64,000 nucleotides of DNA from Paraphysomonas bandaiensis (lineage: Eukaryota; Protista; Chrysophyceae). The notes under the pieces are model-generated. The model worked only from the letters and a program-made list of their open reading frames with translations, was not told where the DNA came from and searched no databases. The stretch is from positions 1-64,000 of the forward strand of contig CBFFRP010000433.1 of the NCBI GenBank assembly GCA_965644295.1, given 5' to 3'. Shown here piece by piece: positions 62,501 to 64,000 of the stretch; positions within the stretch are counted from its first letter, which is position 1; every line of letters begins with the position of its first letter. A program made the position numbers and the translations under genes.

Positions 62501-64000
62501 TAGAAGATGTTCAGGTAATGACAAGGAATACGCCTGGATACACGGGATATACGGGAACGAGGGACGCTTCTAGTACCACTGATGGACGGAGTACGTCCAC
62601 TATCCCAGCACCTGAGAGCCATCAGGAGCAGCTAGTTAACCATGGTATTATTCAGGGAGCACCTGATGAAGATATGACTCAAGGAGTACTTGATGCAGAT
62701 GCAGCTCAGGGAGAACCTGATCGAGCAGTAAAACAGGGAGTACCTGAATATACTGATACTATAAATTCTAACAGTACTAATACCCTACAGAGAGTATCTA
62801 AAAGGGATGCAGAGAAACGTAAGCGTTTACGGAGGAGGCTAGCTAATGCTTCAGTGTTAGGAGAAATTAACATGATAGAGGTAATGGATGCCGATGTAAA
62901 TGTCATGGATTCAGAGGAGAGTACTGAGAATAAACACGTCCATGAACCGAACAGTTTTCTAGAGGCGGAGAGGTCCCCTCAAGCGGAAGAATGGAGAACA
63001 GCCAGACGAATAGAGAAGAAAGCTCTTTTACGAAGAGGCGTTTTGAAGATAGTACGTCGACCATCTGGGGTCAAATTAATCAGATGTAAGTATGTTCACA
63101 AACTCAAGCGTGACATACTAGGCAACATACAGAAGTATAAAGCTCGACTAGTCGCACTAGGAAATCTTCAGGAGAAAACTGAGGAGGAGCCATCTACATT
63201 TGCACCGGTTGTCAAAGGGATAACTATCAGGCTCGTGATTGCAATTGCTTTTATGTTCCATATGCATGTACACCAGCTTGATGTCAGTTCTGCATTTTGT
63301 TATGCAAATTTAGATGAAGATGTCTACATGTACCCACCTCCAGATGAGGAGCTCAGCAATGGATGGTGTTTTAAACTCATCAAAGCACTATATGGTTTAC
63401 GAGCCTCACCGCGTCAGTGGAATCGCCACATCGATAAATTCATAAAGTCAATGCAGTTTAGATCATGCGTGTTAGATACCTGCTTATATTATCGTTGGCA
63501 CCAAGGCAAACTTACGTTATTACTCCTGTATGTAGATGACATCATAATCGCATCTGTGGATTTTGAATTCCTTGTTTTTGTCAAGAACAAGTTCTGCCAA
63601 ACGTTTGAAATGAGGGACATGGGAGAGTGCCAAAGTTTCCTAAATATTCGAATCACGAGAGGCGAAGACTGGTTCAAACTAGATCAATCACAGTATGCGG
63701 AGAAAGTGATTCAGAAATTCAACCATGTCATGGGAAACAGTAGAAAGAATAAGGAAGCTCCGTTGCCATCAAATGCACAAGAACTACTAGCTGCAGAACG
63801 GGAACTTACATCAGAACAGGAGGACTGGGTCTCAAAATTTCCGTATCGTAGTATTATTGGAGCAATCCTGTATCTCGCACTCCACACAAGACCAGATCTC
63901 GCCTATGCAATCGGATTACTATCGAGATACAGCAGTAATCCTACATACGCATCGTGTCGTTTAGCTATTCATTTATTGAAATATTTGAGAGGCACCACCA
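59538..64000 (+). mobile_element. Ty1/Copia LTR retrotransposon (5' LTR 59538-59858, PBS from 59859; runs off the window)
   Basis: LTR followed by PBS TGGTAGCGAAT, then gag-PR-IN-RT order. Confidence 0.95.
59842..64000 (+). CDS. Copia Gag-Pol polyprotein (apparently a single open frame, 3' incomplete)
   Basis: Two CCHC-type knuckles, protease YIDTCCS, HRRMGH/CSIC, integrase SADV / HADGAGE / PEMNAVEER, RT KARLVA, QLDVSSAF and LYVDD. All checked motifs are in the same frame. Confidence 0.93.
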   Translation, partial: MVFSQYGSECGGEKEDRADVPWFDESNVEQWIEDFETFLMRKEQSEVALERPPEEEDFGIQPLNSLETKSYKEAVDKYWKANAIAYSYCREAVKRSPKALQKFHLKHKEFKAAEGRVNKFSAREMVSTLKSCFEGGTQNKISALLAQFGSFEMKPGETAKEYVLRFELLLRELQAHNQTVTEESKISRLKEGIISDEYDGLNYALYLMPDDVPYELLSKRIEQFDDTKYGRKIIEKKRKSTEELNHIEKPRKKERVSTKRKCTYCSKKGIIHNHNTEQCRKKKGETKGQRPGSKEYTGCRVCKSKNHRANECPRNSTGKTKKPQKSGKVFTFENIRRGGTESDSESEANMLYDCAVDIYDKSDTCCMIGTAEHYTYIDTCCSSSMFLMNDVTMLDTHMNTSKVINGSKKGSEIHITSVGSRGAWRDIEISDQINRCLCSGRKLNEMGYRFTVWYGIQIYDCNTGELVLEGPMKNGMTAVPTQQLLELPDVSTPSNCEVNLSDRTGEDELELLHRRMGHFNKGALTEAHRRMLFTGSNLQRKHLSKTALKKSCLCSICARSKITRVSFHTKEDTDVKPDISADVQVFLNTPARGDERYVIKLTHHPSRMFWVKGVNQRTKEEVIQFFREVFEGEIRQYKLRVDHYHADGAGELINQELRSYLRSQGCYKHTWSSTDSPEMNAVEERKFRTASEMALAMLLQSGLPVPFWLDAYHAARYTLIRLPTRTDRGYMSPYEYVTGQPPSLKYFRVWGCKTYILTPKADRRKDWDDKSKIGYLVGYSEDKVGYQVYLPATDKVITCVHILTDESIPSRTEEYYAEIDALRVRTAPRPKTVNDYQHLVKTFHIDDEDGLLYKTTRVVERKGVIVGYRSLVTAGRTHIEQKVPIHIEDVQVMTRNTPGYTGYTGTRDASSTTDGRSTSTIPAPESHQEQLVNHGIIQGAPDEDMTQGVLDADAAQGEPDRAVKQGVPEYTDTINSNSTNTLQRVSKRDAEKRKRLRRRLANASVLGEINMIEVMDADVNVMDSEESTENKHVHEPNSFLEAERSPQAEEWRTARRIEKKALLRRGVLKIVRRPSGVKLIRCKYVHKLKRDILGNIQKYKARLVALGNLQEKTEEEPSTFAPVVKGITIRLVIAIAFMFHMHVHQLDVSSAFCYANLDEDVYMYPPPDEELSNGWCFKLIKALYGLRASPRQWNRHIDKFIKSMQFRSCVLDTCLYYRWHQGKLTLLLLYVDDIIIASVDFEFLVFVKNKFCQTFEMRDMGECQSFLNIRITRGEDWFKLDQSQYAEKVIQKFNHVMGNSRKNKEAPLPSNAQELLAAERELTSEQEDWVSKFPYRSIIGAILYLALHTRPDLAYAIGLLSRYSSNPTYASCRLAIHLLKYLRGTT

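Overview
Eukaryotic nuclear DNA: AT-rich, compact, with short GT-AG introns and the standard code. The gene set (a signal-peptide-led plastid-type M16 peptidase, centriolar FOPNL) suggests a flagellated stramenopile or ochrophyte; this is an inference. Genes include FKBP, OTU, a DNAJC21-like protein, PRMT5, an SPP-like M16 peptidase, FOPNL, GST-theta, apyrase, a DEDD exonuclease-KH protein, F-box/SMI1/ApaG, GT34-TPR, RAMP4, ADE2, Nudix and a lone 5S rRNA. They are interspersed with MITE/hAT remnants, very long (TATG)n arrays and a Copia element with TG...TA LTRs. The standout is 22628-33029: two tandem copies of a composite IS630/Tc1-type DNA transposon, each sitting at a TA in (CATA)n microsatellite. 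Each copy has a DD33E transposase and a convergent Cys/His-rich orphan gene whose upstream regions and first codons are the same 154-bp inverted repeat. A tyrosine-recombinase-like module, bounded by TTTTTC direct repeats and CCCGCACC motifs, splits the left copy of a reconstructed 189-bp TIR. All family calls rest on motif recognition by eye; no searches were run.
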